A stretch of 56,876 nucleotides of DNA from Coriobacteriia bacterium (lineage in GTDB: Bacteria > Actinomycetota > Coriobacteriia > Anaerosomatales > PHET01), in assembly GCA_038202795.1 (NCBI GenBank), contig JBBREQ010000001.1, positions 1 to 56,876 on the forward strand, read 5' to 3'. The notes under the pieces are model-generated. The model did not search any database. It had not been told where the DNA came from and saw only the letters and a list, made by a program, of their open reading frames with translations. Position 1 is the first letter of the stretch; every line of letters begins with the position of its first letter. A program made the position numbers and the translations under genes. Positions 24,581 through 33,438 of this stretch are shown one piece after another.

Positions 24581-25258
24581 ATGGCAAAGGAACGCTCCAA
24601 CACCGCACTACAGATCATCTTCTCGTTCTTTCTGGGCCTGATGGTCGTCGCTTTCATCGGCGTGGGCGTGTACACGTTCTACCCGCCGCCCGAGCAACGG
24701 CTCGATGATCAGGTGCAAGAGTTGTACCGACAGCAAGAGGACATTCAGAACTTCAAGGACCAGAGTCAGCTCACGGCGGCTGACCGTGAGAAGCTGCGGA
24801 CGGTTCAACTGGCGATCCGCAAGCTCGAAGACAAGCAGCAGGCCAGCCGCGAGACGTGGGGACGTAACACGAGCATCATCCTCATCACGTTCGCGACGAT
24901 CGTCATGAGCATCTCGCTGATTCGGGCCGAGCAACTGCGAGTGATCAGCAACGGACTGTTGCTGGGCGGGGTGTTCACCATGCTCTATGGAACCGGGTGG
25001 GTGATCGCGACGAGCACCTCGAAGGCTCGGTTCTGGGTGATGACGGTCGCCCTTATGATTACCCTCGCGCTGGGCTACCTCAAGTTCGTGCGCGATCGCG
25101 AGCAAGGCCCGGCCACCGCAGTCCCCTCGCTCGCCACAGGCGAGGCCGCTGACGCAGGGATCCTTGCCGAACTGGCTGCTCGGGTCGAGCAACTCGAGGA
25201 GCGCAACGCCGCCGCCGCTGCTGCCTTTGGGATGGGCGACGAGGGGCGCCCGAAGTGA
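24581..25258 (+). CDS. Hypothetical membrane protein with coiled-coil segment
   Basis: ATG follows GAGGGTGGAG. There is one N-terminal TM helix, a charged helical stretch, then three more TM helices. Confidence 0.6.
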   Translation: MAKERSNTALQIIFSFFLGLMVVAFIGVGVYTFYPPPEQRLDDQVQELYRQQEDIQNFKDQSQLTAADREKLRTVQLAIRKLEDKQQASRETWGRNTSIILITFATIVMSISLIRAEQLRVISNGLLLGGVFTMLYGTGWVIATSTSKARFWVMTVALMITLALGYLKFVRDREQGPATAVPSLATGEAADAGILAELAARVEQLEERNAAAAAAFGMGDEGRPK

Positions 25259-25354
25259 GGGTGCCGCCCGTTCGGGCTCAGACGCAGCAGGCCCTGGAGC
25301 GCGGTGTCGAACTCTACCGCGAGCGCGGATGGGTCTGAGCGTTTCGGGGTAGCT

Positions 25355-26860
25355 CTAGAGGTACTGCCAGATGTCGTCCACCCCGGCCTCGACCGCGGGG
25401 ATACAGTCGACGATGGCCCGCACGGATCCTCCCGTGGTCACGTCGATGACCCGCAGGTCGAGTACCTCCGGGGTCTCGAGCCAGCGCCCGTACGCATCCG
25501 CCAGCAGCTTGACGCGAGGATGTAGTAGGTCGTCGTTGTTCACGCGATAGACAACAGCCACGCTCTCGTCATCGAGCTTCACGACGGCGCCCATCGGATA
25601 GATGCCCAGCATGGCCACGAGCGCCTTGGTGACGCCCGGGTCGTAGGCCTTGCCTCGTCCCTGCATGAGGACCGCGAGCGCCTTGTCGGGGCGGATCTCC
25701 CTGCGGAACGGCCGCATGGTAGTCATCGCGTCGTACGCGTCGCAGACGCCCACGATCTTGCTGAACAGGTGCTGTTCGGCTCCTGCGGCTGCCTCGGGGT
25801 ACCCCATCAGGTCGTGGCGTTGGTGGTGCTCATAGGCCACGATCATCGCCATCTTGTCAGCGAGCTGGATTCGCTTGAGTAGGTCGGCGCCCTCCTCGGC
25901 ATGGCGTTTGACGGTCTGCCACTCCTCGGCGGTGAGCGGGCCGGCTTTGAGCAAGACATCCTCGGGAATGCGCACTTTGCCGATGTCGTAGAGCAGTGCG
26001 GCGAGCCCGAGCGAGTGAAGCTCCTCTGCCGAGAGTCCCAAGGCCGATCCCAGCGAGAGCGACAGGATACACACGTTCAGCGAGTGGTTGAGCGTGTAAT
26101 CGTCGTGGCCTTTGATTGCGGTCAGACCCAGTACGGCGGCGGGGTCTTGCAGCAGGTTGTCGAGCATCGACTCGACCACGCGCTGCAACGAACTCACGTT
26201 CATCGTCCGACCCAGCTTGGCCTGCGACTCGATGTCGCGCATCGCCGTGACGCCGGTGTCGTAGCTCTCGCGAGCACGGGCCCGGACTTCCTTGTTGCGC
26301 GCCTCGTTGGTCGCTTCGTCGAGCGTGGTCGTCTCGGCGACGGTGACGCCCGACACGTCTCGGGACTCGAGGAACGCGCACGCATCATCGATGTTGCTGA
26401 TGCGCGCGTCGCTCAGAAGCTCGACGAGCACTGCGCCCTCAGCGGCGGTCATGCCGCGTGAGAACGTGACCGCCGAGATGCCCCGAGCGAGCAGCTCGTC
26501 GATGAATTTGCGATAGGTGAGGCTTTCCTCGGGAAAGACCTGGTTCTCTACGAACAGCGTGTTCTTGTAGATATTGAGCGTCACCGACTCGAACCCGAAA
26601 TCCCCGATGTCGCTTACGGCGATTGCCAGATCGTCGAGCGAACTGGCGACGAGGGGGTGGGTCGTGGGGTAGAGCGCGGCATTGGTGTGTGCCACCGCGA
26701 GCGTGCGCACCATCTCGCGGGCGCGACCCAGCTTCTCCGGTGTGGCGAACGGGGCCTGAACGGCGACCATCCCGGGTGTAGCGGTCGAGGCCTCGGCGGC
26801 GATCTCGGCGGGCCCAGCCAGCGGTCCCTCGTTCTCGGGGCGATACGGTGCGTCTGTCAC
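25355..26860 (-). CDS. HD-GYP domain protein (putative c-di-GMP phosphodiesterase) with N-terminal sensor-like domain
   Basis: HSLNVCILS...LLYDIGKVRIPEDVL...HHQRHDLMGYPE are the HD and GYP signatures. The GTG start overlaps the upstream stop (GTGA). Confidence 0.9.
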   Translation of the reverse strand: MTDAPYRPENEGPLAGPAEIAAEASTATPGMVAVQAPFATPEKLGRAREMVRTLAVAHTNAALYPTTHPLVASSLDDLAIAVSDIGDFGFESVTLNIYKNTLFVENQVFPEESLTYRKFIDELLARGISAVTFSRGMTAAEGAVLVELLSDARISNIDDACAFLESRDVSGVTVAETTTLDEATNEARNKEVRARARESYDTGVTAMRDIESQAKLGRTMNVSSLQRVVESMLDNLLQDPAAVLGLTAIKGHDDYTLNHSLNVCILSLSLGSALGLSAEELHSLGLAALLYDIGKVRIPEDVLLKAGPLTAEEWQTVKRHAEEGADLLKRIQLADKMAMIVAYEHHQRHDLMGYPEAAAGAEQHLFSKIVGVCDAYDAMTTMRPFRREIRPDKALAVLMQGRGKAYDPGVTKALVAMLGIYPMGAVVKLDDESVAVVYRVNNDDLLHPRVKLLADAYGRWLETPEVLDLRVIDVTTGGSVRAIVDCIPAVEAGVDDIWQYL

Positions 26861-28752
26861 GGTGCGCTCACTCCTCGGTTCTTCGCCAAGCCATCGGCGG
26901 CGCTGACGGCCCTGTTGCGCAGCTCTCTAGTCTTCCTGCCCACTCCGAACGAACGTTGTGCGAACGCGCGCAGGGCTTTCTCGGCTTCGGGCGTGCCGAT
27001 GAGCTCGAGCGCGGTGACGATGTCCTTGCGGGTCTCATACGTGCGCTGGAAGATATTGATGTCCTGCAGTGCACGCGAGAGTGCGGGAACCGCCGACCCG
27101 ACGTGTGCGCGGCCTATCTCGCGCACCACGTGGCGCTGCGTTTCCGGTTCGCGGTGGTTGATCGCTTTGACCAGCGCGGTCTCCGCCTGCGGGGTGTGCA
27201 CGGCCGCCAGCGCGTCCACAGCGGCGAACCGCACCTGCTCATCGAGATGTGACAGCATCTCGGCGATCTGAGGAGCGGCGCGCGCGTCGCCCAGCGTCGG
27301 CAACACGAGCAGGATCGCGACCACGGTCTTGCTGTCCCCGCTGCGCATCTTCTGCCGCGCGACGGCCAAGACCAGTTCGCTCATACCGCGCATCACCGGC
27401 TTGAGCAGAGATCGTCGGGGTTCGACGGCTCGCACGTAGGTGTCCAACAAGGCATCGGCGCCCGCGGGGCCGGCGGCGTGGAGAATCTCTCCGGCTATCG
27501 CCGCATCCGCATCGGTCTCCGGTGCCCTGCACACATCGGCCAACACGTCGGGGTCAGAGAGCTGAGCGCGTGCGGCTTCAACCGCGTCGCTCAGCGCCAC
27601 CTCCGCTTCAATCTCGTCCAGGCGCCGCAGCGCCTCTCTGATGGTTGTGAACGCACCATCCCTGGCCGCCGGAGGGAGCACCTCGCCGATCGCACGCACG
27701 CTCTCGACATCGAGGCGAACGCGCGAGATCGCTGTGGCGGTAGCCAGCGCGCGACCGGAGCTCAGCGAGGGCGCTGCGACGGCCACCTGGCGCTCGATGT
27801 CGGTCGTGTCGGTATCGGTTGCGATAACCTCGGCAATCTTCTCGGCTCGAACCGTCGTGGGGACGTCCGGCTCGGTCTCGGCGGCGGGAGTGGGGGCGAG
27901 CATCAAACCCAGGAGCTTCGCGGTCTCGGGAGGCAGAGTCAGCGCCTGCGCGATACGGCGCGGATCGGTGTTCGCAGCCGCAGCCGAGAGCTTGAGCAGA
28001 CGAGCCAGCGCAGCGGGCTTCATGCGGGCGATGACGTCGAGCATGCCCTCCATGCGACGGCCCTCGGTATCCGAACTCAGCGCCATGTCCAGCACGCGCG
28101 TGCGGGTCGCCTCGTCCAGACGCATCATCGCTGCAGCCATGCGCTCCATCGCCAGCTCTCGGGTGGCGTCCTCGAGCCGGGCGATCGCGTCTGCGACCTC
28201 GTCGGGGGCGGGCCCCTGAGCCGCATCTCGCGCGCGCTGCTCGGCAGCTTCGCGGATGCTGGCCGCAATCTCGTCCAGGGGGGCCGACGCGAGGTCGACG
28301 CCCGCGAACCCGCCTTCCTCGGAAGCGCGCAAGGAGACTTCGATCACGGCGATGTGTGAGACCCCGGTGCCGATGAGCGCAGACCGGGCACCACCGGTTG
28401 CGCGAACCTCAGCGGGATCGCGTAGGCACAGCTGCACGAATCCGGCGGACTCGGCTTGGGCGATTCCCGGCACGAACACGAGCTGCCCCACCTGTAGCGC
28501 GTGGAGTGACTCAGCGAGCGAAACCACCTGGCTCTGGCCACCGGCCAGTTCGGTCTCGCCCATACGGACTCCGTGCGGATCGATCAGATAGCGAAGCGGT
28601 CCGGTAGCCGCGAGCTCGTTGACACGCTCGGTGAAGCGCGCGACGGCCTCTTGGGGAAGCGCCGAGGCGGGAGGATACAGACGCGCGGCACCAACTGCCG
28701 CCGCCGCCAGTCGCAGAGCCTCTTCGGCTCGCGGGAACCCCTCGGTGTCCAC
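26857..28752 (-). CDS. HEAT-repeat protein, N-terminal domain related to that of the downstream HD-GYP protein
   Basis: 631 aa; GTG follows AAGGGGG. C-terminal HEAT-like repeats: PTLGDARAAPQIAEMLSHLDEQVRFAAVDALAAV, ...VREIGRAHVGSAVPALSRAL. Confidence 0.7.
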   Translation of the reverse strand: MDTEGFPRAEEALRLAAAAVGAARLYPPASALPQEAVARFTERVNELAATGPLRYLIDPHGVRMGETELAGGQSQVVSLAESLHALQVGQLVFVPGIAQAESAGFVQLCLRDPAEVRATGGARSALIGTGVSHIAVIEVSLRASEEGGFAGVDLASAPLDEIAASIREAAEQRARDAAQGPAPDEVADAIARLEDATRELAMERMAAAMMRLDEATRTRVLDMALSSDTEGRRMEGMLDVIARMKPAALARLLKLSAAAANTDPRRIAQALTLPPETAKLLGLMLAPTPAAETEPDVPTTVRAEKIAEVIATDTDTTDIERQVAVAAPSLSSGRALATATAISRVRLDVESVRAIGEVLPPAARDGAFTTIREALRRLDEIEAEVALSDAVEAARAQLSDPDVLADVCRAPETDADAAIAGEILHAAGPAGADALLDTYVRAVEPRRSLLKPVMRGMSELVLAVARQKMRSGDSKTVVAILLVLPTLGDARAAPQIAEMLSHLDEQVRFAAVDALAAVHTPQAETALVKAINHREPETQRHVVREIGRAHVGSAVPALSRALQDINIFQRTYETRKDIVTALELIGTPEAEKALRAFAQRSFGVGRKTRELRNRAVSAADGLAKNRGVSAP

Positions 28753-28916
28753 AGCACCCCCTTTCGAGTTCGCCCGTCCTTGCTAGGGTATATCGGCTTG
28801 GACGCTGATGCGAGATGCGACACTTGTGAGATGGCGCACAGTCACTCAGCCATGATGCACTCGCTTTCTCGGGCATCTACCCGATACAGTAGCCACCAAT
28901 CGTATCCGGGAGTCAC

Positions 28917-29408
28917 GTGGCGCTCAGAACAGAAGCATACTTCAGGGTCTTGGCCGCCGAAGCGCTCGAGCGCTCCGGTTGTACCGAGCCGCCCGTGCCC
29001 GTCGAGTCCATCACGGCGGACTTGGGAATCCCCATTCGCTACGTGAACCTGCCCGCCTTCTTCACGTCCGCGCTCGTCACAGAGGACGGGTTGCCTGTGA
29101 TGGTAGTCAACTGGGCCAAGACCGAACTCGAGCGTCGAATCGCGGTGGCCCACATGTTGGGTCATGTGCTGCTGGTTCTCAATGGGGACGAGGGCTACGC
29201 CCGTGAGAATCCCGATCATCGCGATGCCGACCGCATCGCGAGAGAACTCGTGTTGCCCACGGCCATGGTGGTCGAACAAGCGCGGTTGTGGTTCAACGAC
29301 TACCGATACCTCGCACGGTTGTTCGGCGTCGCCGAGCCTACGATGCTCGAACGGATGAAGGACATGGGCATCATCAAGGGCCCGGATGGCCTCATCTGGG
29401 ACTACTGA
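28917..29408 (+). CDS. ImmA/IrrE-family metallopeptidase-like protein with HMxxH instead of HExxH
   Basis: 163 aa. RRIAVAHMLGHVLL and ADRIARELVLP correspond to the ImmA HExxH and E..AN.FA..LL.P blocks. Codons cac-atg-ttg-ggt-cat were read directly. Confidence 0.65.
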   Translation: MALRTEAYFRVLAAEALERSGCTEPPVPVESITADLGIPIRYVNLPAFFTSALVTEDGLPVMVVNWAKTELERRIAVAHMLGHVLLVLNGDEGYARENPDHRDADRIARELVLPTAMVVEQARLWFNDYRYLARLFGVAEPTMLERMKDMGIIKGPDGLIWDY

Positions 29409-29495
29409 CGTCTGAACCTCCCCGGGAGCGGTATCATCGACACAGGGCCTTCGTGACCGGGGGCCCGTACTCATGGGCTACCAGAGGGGGACCGA

Positions 29496-30470
29496 ATGCG
29501 TTCCAACTACGCGATCGGTGTTGACGTGGGCGGTACCCGTATCGCCGTTGGGCTTGTGGAGCGCAAGGGACGCATCGTCAAAGACGCCAAGCGGTTGACG
29601 CCCAAGACCGGTCCGTTCGCTGTTGTGGACACCATCATCGAGCTGGTCGAAGAGGTCCGCTCGGGCCTGCAGCCGGCCGAGGTCGCCGGCGTGGGCATCG
29701 GCCTTCCGGCCCAGGTGGACTTCGTGCGACAAGAGGTCGAGTACTGCACGAACCTGCCACTCGCCGGTATCGATGTGCGCTCGCTGGTCATGTCACGCAC
29801 CAAGTCCGAGGTGACCATCGACAACGACGGACATCTCGCCGCTGTGGGTGAGTCTCGCTACGGCGCTGCCAAAGGCGCGCGCGACTTCATCATGCTCACG
29901 CTGGGGACCGGTGTCGGCGGCGGGCTGTTCGTCGCCGGTGAGCCCTACCGCGGTAACCGCGGTCTGGCGGGGGAGGTGGGCCACACCGTCATCGACCTCG
30001 ACGGCCCTCCCTGCCCGTGTGGCGGCTACGGGCATCTGGAGGCGTATCTGGGCAGGCCCGCGATTGCTGCCAAAGGCAAGGTGGCGGCACGCCTGTTCTC
30101 GGGCAAAGCGATACTTGACGCTGCGGGCGGCACGCTCGAGGACGTGAGCGCGGAGTCGGTCATCATCGCCTCTGGCGGTGGCGATCCGGTCGCACGGGAG
30201 ATCCTATTGGAGTGTGGCGAGATTCTCGGTCGTGCTCTCGTGGGGTTCGTCAACCTGCTGAACCCCAAGCTGGTGTGCATTGGGGGCGGCGTCGGCGAGT
30301 CGGCGGACTTCTTGGTCGAACGCGCTTCCGAGGTCGTTCAGTCCGAGGCGCTCGCCGGGCGCCGCGACGTCACGGTCGTCCAAGCCATTCTCGGAAATGA
30401 TGCTGGCATTCTAGGCGCGGCGGCACTCGCTTTCGATGAGCACGATTCGCACGAGGGACTCCACCGGTAG
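29496..30470 (+). CDS. ROK-family sugar kinase (glucokinase-like)
   Basis: IGVDVGGTRIAVG, GEVGH and the zinc motif CPCGGYGHLEAY. Confidence 0.9.
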   Translation: MRSNYAIGVDVGGTRIAVGLVERKGRIVKDAKRLTPKTGPFAVVDTIIELVEEVRSGLQPAEVAGVGIGLPAQVDFVRQEVEYCTNLPLAGIDVRSLVMSRTKSEVTIDNDGHLAAVGESRYGAAKGARDFIMLTLGTGVGGGLFVAGEPYRGNRGLAGEVGHTVIDLDGPPCPCGGYGHLEAYLGRPAIAAKGKVAARLFSGKAILDAAGGTLEDVSAESVIIASGGGDPVAREILLECGEILGRALVGFVNLLNPKLVCIGGGVGESADFLVERASEVVQSEALAGRRDVTVVQAILGNDAGILGAAALAFDEHDSHEGLHR

Positions 30471-30489
30471 GCGACCTTGGGAGGTCACG

Positions 30490-32247
30490 ATGTCTGACGA
30501 ACGTATCGAGTCACACGAAGAACGCCTGTACGTGCTGCGAGACAAGGCGGCGCGCGAAGGCTTCACCGTGCCCGATGACGCGCTTGACTACATCGCCGAC
30601 AAGTACGCGATGGAGACCACGCTCAAAGGCGCGCTGATCAACGTTGCCGCGTATGCGGCCCGGAGGGGACTACCGGTCGACCGCGCCATGGCGGCACTGG
30701 TCCTGGACGGTGTGAGGCCACAGGCCGCCTCCGTCGATGCGGCCGCCTCCGCGGAGCCGGAGATCGCCGAGGAGTCCGAAGACCCTGTCGAGCCCGACGA
30801 GCCGATTGAACCCGAAATCGACGAGTCTTCGCAAGAGACCTACGAGCCACATGCGGATCAGAGCGATGAGCCCGATGAGCCGGCCGCAGACGATGATACC
30901 GCCGGTACGGCCGAAGAGCGCCCGTTCGAGCCTGTGACCACCACGTTGTTCGCGCCACCCCCGGCCGTCACGCCCCCTGCTCCTAGCGCGCCTGAGCCCG
31001 CAGCCCAGGCGGAGCCGGATCTCCCGCCGTTCGTCTCGGCAGCTCCGCCTGAGCCGATCTGGGGTTCCGAGACGGCCGCCGACAGCACTCCGGCGGTTCA
31101 GTCACAGCCCGCACAGCCCACCGCACAACCCGCCGACTCCACGCCGGCCGAGGTCTGGTTCGCGCCGATGCGCAGCGTCAAGAAGGAGTCGCTGGTCAAG
31201 CGCGTGGGCAAGCTTCTCAAGCTCGCGGGCCTCGCTCAGGCGATCGACGACGGCGACTTGGTCGCGATCAAGCTGCACTTCGGCGAAGAGGGCAACACCG
31301 GCTTCGTCCACCCCGTCTTCCTGCGCGAGGTCGTGCGCCGGGTGCGCAAGCACGGCGGCAAGCCGTTCCTGACCGACTGCAACACGCTGTACCGGGGCAA
31401 GCGTGCCAATGCCGTCGACCACGCCACGTGCGCGGTTCGCAACGGCTTCAGCTTCTCGACCATCAACGCGCCGGTGATCATCGCCGATGGTCTCACCGGC
31501 ACAGACGGAGTAGACGTTCCTATCTCCGGCTCCAAGCACTTCGACTCGGTGCGTATAGGCGCAGCCGCGGTCCACGCTGACGCGATGGTCGTCGTTAGCC
31601 ACGTCAAGGGTCACGAAGCCACCGGCTTCGGCGGCGCGATGAAGAACATCGGGATGGGGCTCGGTACGAGAGCCGCCAAGCAGCGCATGCACAGCGATCT
31701 CAAGCCCCAAGTGATCGCCGAGAAGTGCACCGCATGCTAGCGGTGTGTGAAGTCCTGCCCGGTTCACGCCATCCAGATCACCGACAAGGTCGCGGTGATC
31801 GACTACGAGCTGTGCTACGGCTGCGGCGAGTGCGTGGCCGCCTGCCCGTACGGCGCCATCGAGATTCAGTGGAAGACCGAGCCCGATGCCATTCAGGAGA
31901 AGATCGTCGAGCACTGCGCCGGCGCGCTCGCGGGCAAAGAAGGCAAAGTCATCTACCTCTCATTCGTGACCAACGTGAGCCCTGACTGCGACTGTTGGAG
32001 CTTCTCGGACGCAAGCGTTGTGGCCGATATCGGGGTGCTGGCCTCAAGCGACCTGGTCGCCATCGATCAGGCCGCCTACGACCTGGTCGTCGGTGCGAAG
32101 GGTCTACCCGGCAGCCGAGGCGAAGGGCTTGCCCCGGGCAGCGACAAGTTTCGCGAGATCACCGGTATCGACGGTACGATCGCGATCCGCTACGCCCAAC
32201 AGATGGGTCTGGGCACGAGCAGCTACGAACTCAAGACGCTCGAGTAG
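30490..32247 (+). pseudogene. COG2768/DUF362 Fe-S protein gene interrupted by an in-frame TAG (31738..31740), with a long N-terminal extension
   Basis: Track ORFs 30436..31740 and 31747..32247 share one frame. Read-through gives ...HVKGHEATGFGGAMKNIGMG...EKCTAC-[TAG]-RCVKSCPVHAI...CYGCGECVAACPYGAI...DCDCW. The stop therefore splits the first CxxCxxCxxxCP motif. Confidence 0.6.
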
Positions 32248-32295
32248 CGCAGCGCGAGGACACACCCGTACACAGCCCGACCGAGGAGAGCGACC

Positions 32296-33438
32296 ATGGA
32301 GTTCGGATCGATCATCAAGCGTTCGTGGCAGATCACCTGGAAGTACAAGGCTCTGTGGGTGCTCGGTGTCTTCGCGGGAGTCTCGGGCTGCCAGGGTGGG
32401 GGCGGCGGAAGCGGGGGGAGCGGGACCAATTTCGGGCAGGGGGTCAACGGCAATCAACCCGATTTCAGGGGTTTCGTGGACGCCTTGCAGCAGTGGCTGC
32501 CCGCGCTCATCGCCGGCCTGATGCTGCTCGTGCTCGTTGGCTTGGTGATGTCGGTCTTCTCCGTTGCCGCACGCGGCGCATTGATCGTGGGGGTCAATCG
32601 CATCGAGGAGGGGCTGACCCCGGCCCTGGGCACGCTCTGGGCGGCCGGCTTCTCGCGTTTCTGGACGCTCGTCGGCCTCGATATCCTGCTCAGGCTGCCG
32701 GTCGTTGCCGTGATGCTGTTCGTTCTGGTGGGCGTGTTCGCGCCCTTGGCCGGGACGCTGTTCAGCGGTGGTGCGCCCGGAGCCGAAGTCTTCGTGCCCG
32801 TGTGCGGCAGCCTTGCGATCGGCGTTCCCCTGCTCATGGCCCTCTCGTTCGTGCTGGGCATCATGGATCTCGTTGCGCGCCGCTACGTGATGCTGAGCGG
32901 TCAAGGAGCGATCCAGGCCGCAGGTAACTCGTGGCGGTTCTTCCGGGCGCGTTTCAAGGACACGTTCCTCATGTGGCTCATCAACGCGGGACTGAACATG
33001 GCCGCCGCATTCGTTGTCGCGATCCCATTCGTGATCATCGCGATCGCGGTCGCCATCCCGGCAGGCGTGGCGGCTGCGAGCAAGAATTGGGGAATGCTGT
33101 TCCCGGTCGCCGGTGTGGCATTTGTGCTCATCATGCTGGTGTCGTTCGCCTACGCGGCAATCTGGGGCACGTTCACGTCTGCGTTGTGGACCGTCTTCTT
33201 CCGCAGGGTGACGGGTATGGAGCAGCCGCAGGTCCTTGCCCAGACCATCGCACCCGCGTTCGCCGAGCCGTACGGCTCCGCAGCGCCGTCCGCGCAACCG
33301 CAGCCGCCCGTGGCACCCCCGGCCGAACCGTACTCGCCAGCACCCCCGATGGCGATTCCCGCGCCACCCGCGCCACCCGCGCCACCCGCAGGCGACTACC
33401 CCGCCAATCCGCCGACGCCGCCGGCGCCCGGTGTCTGA
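32296..33438 (+). CDS. Polytopic membrane protein with Gly-rich loop and Pro-rich C-terminal tail
   Basis: 380 aa; RBS GAGGAGAG. MEFGSIIKRSWQITWKYKALWVLGVF resembles DUF4013-type membrane proteins. The tail is PAPPAPPAPPA. Confidence 0.65.
   Translation: MEFGSIIKRSWQITWKYKALWVLGVFAGVSGCQGGGGGSGGSGTNFGQGVNGNQPDFRGFVDALQQWLPALIAGLMLLVLVGLVMSVFSVAARGALIVGVNRIEEGLTPALGTLWAAGFSRFWTLVGLDILLRLPVVAVMLFVLVGVFAPLAGTLFSGGAPGAEVFVPVCGSLAIGVPLLMALSFVLGIMDLVARRYVMLSGQGAIQAAGNSWRFFRARFKDTFLMWLINAGLNMAAAFVVAIPFVIIAIAVAIPAGVAAASKNWGMLFPVAGVAFVLIMLVSFAYAAIWGTFTSALWTVFFRRVTGMEQPQVLAQTIAPAFAEPYGSAAPSAQPQPPVAPPAEPYSPAPPMAIPAPPAPPAPPAGDYPANPPTPPAPGV

Noticed and set aside
31738-31740. TAG decoded as pyrrolysine or reassigned
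   Set aside because: TAG is used as an ordinary stop by several clearly intact genes in this window. The position corresponds to a small or Gly-type residue of a ferredoxin motif, not a known Pyl context. No pyl genes are visible. Nonsense mutation, sequencing error or a split gene are more parsimonious.
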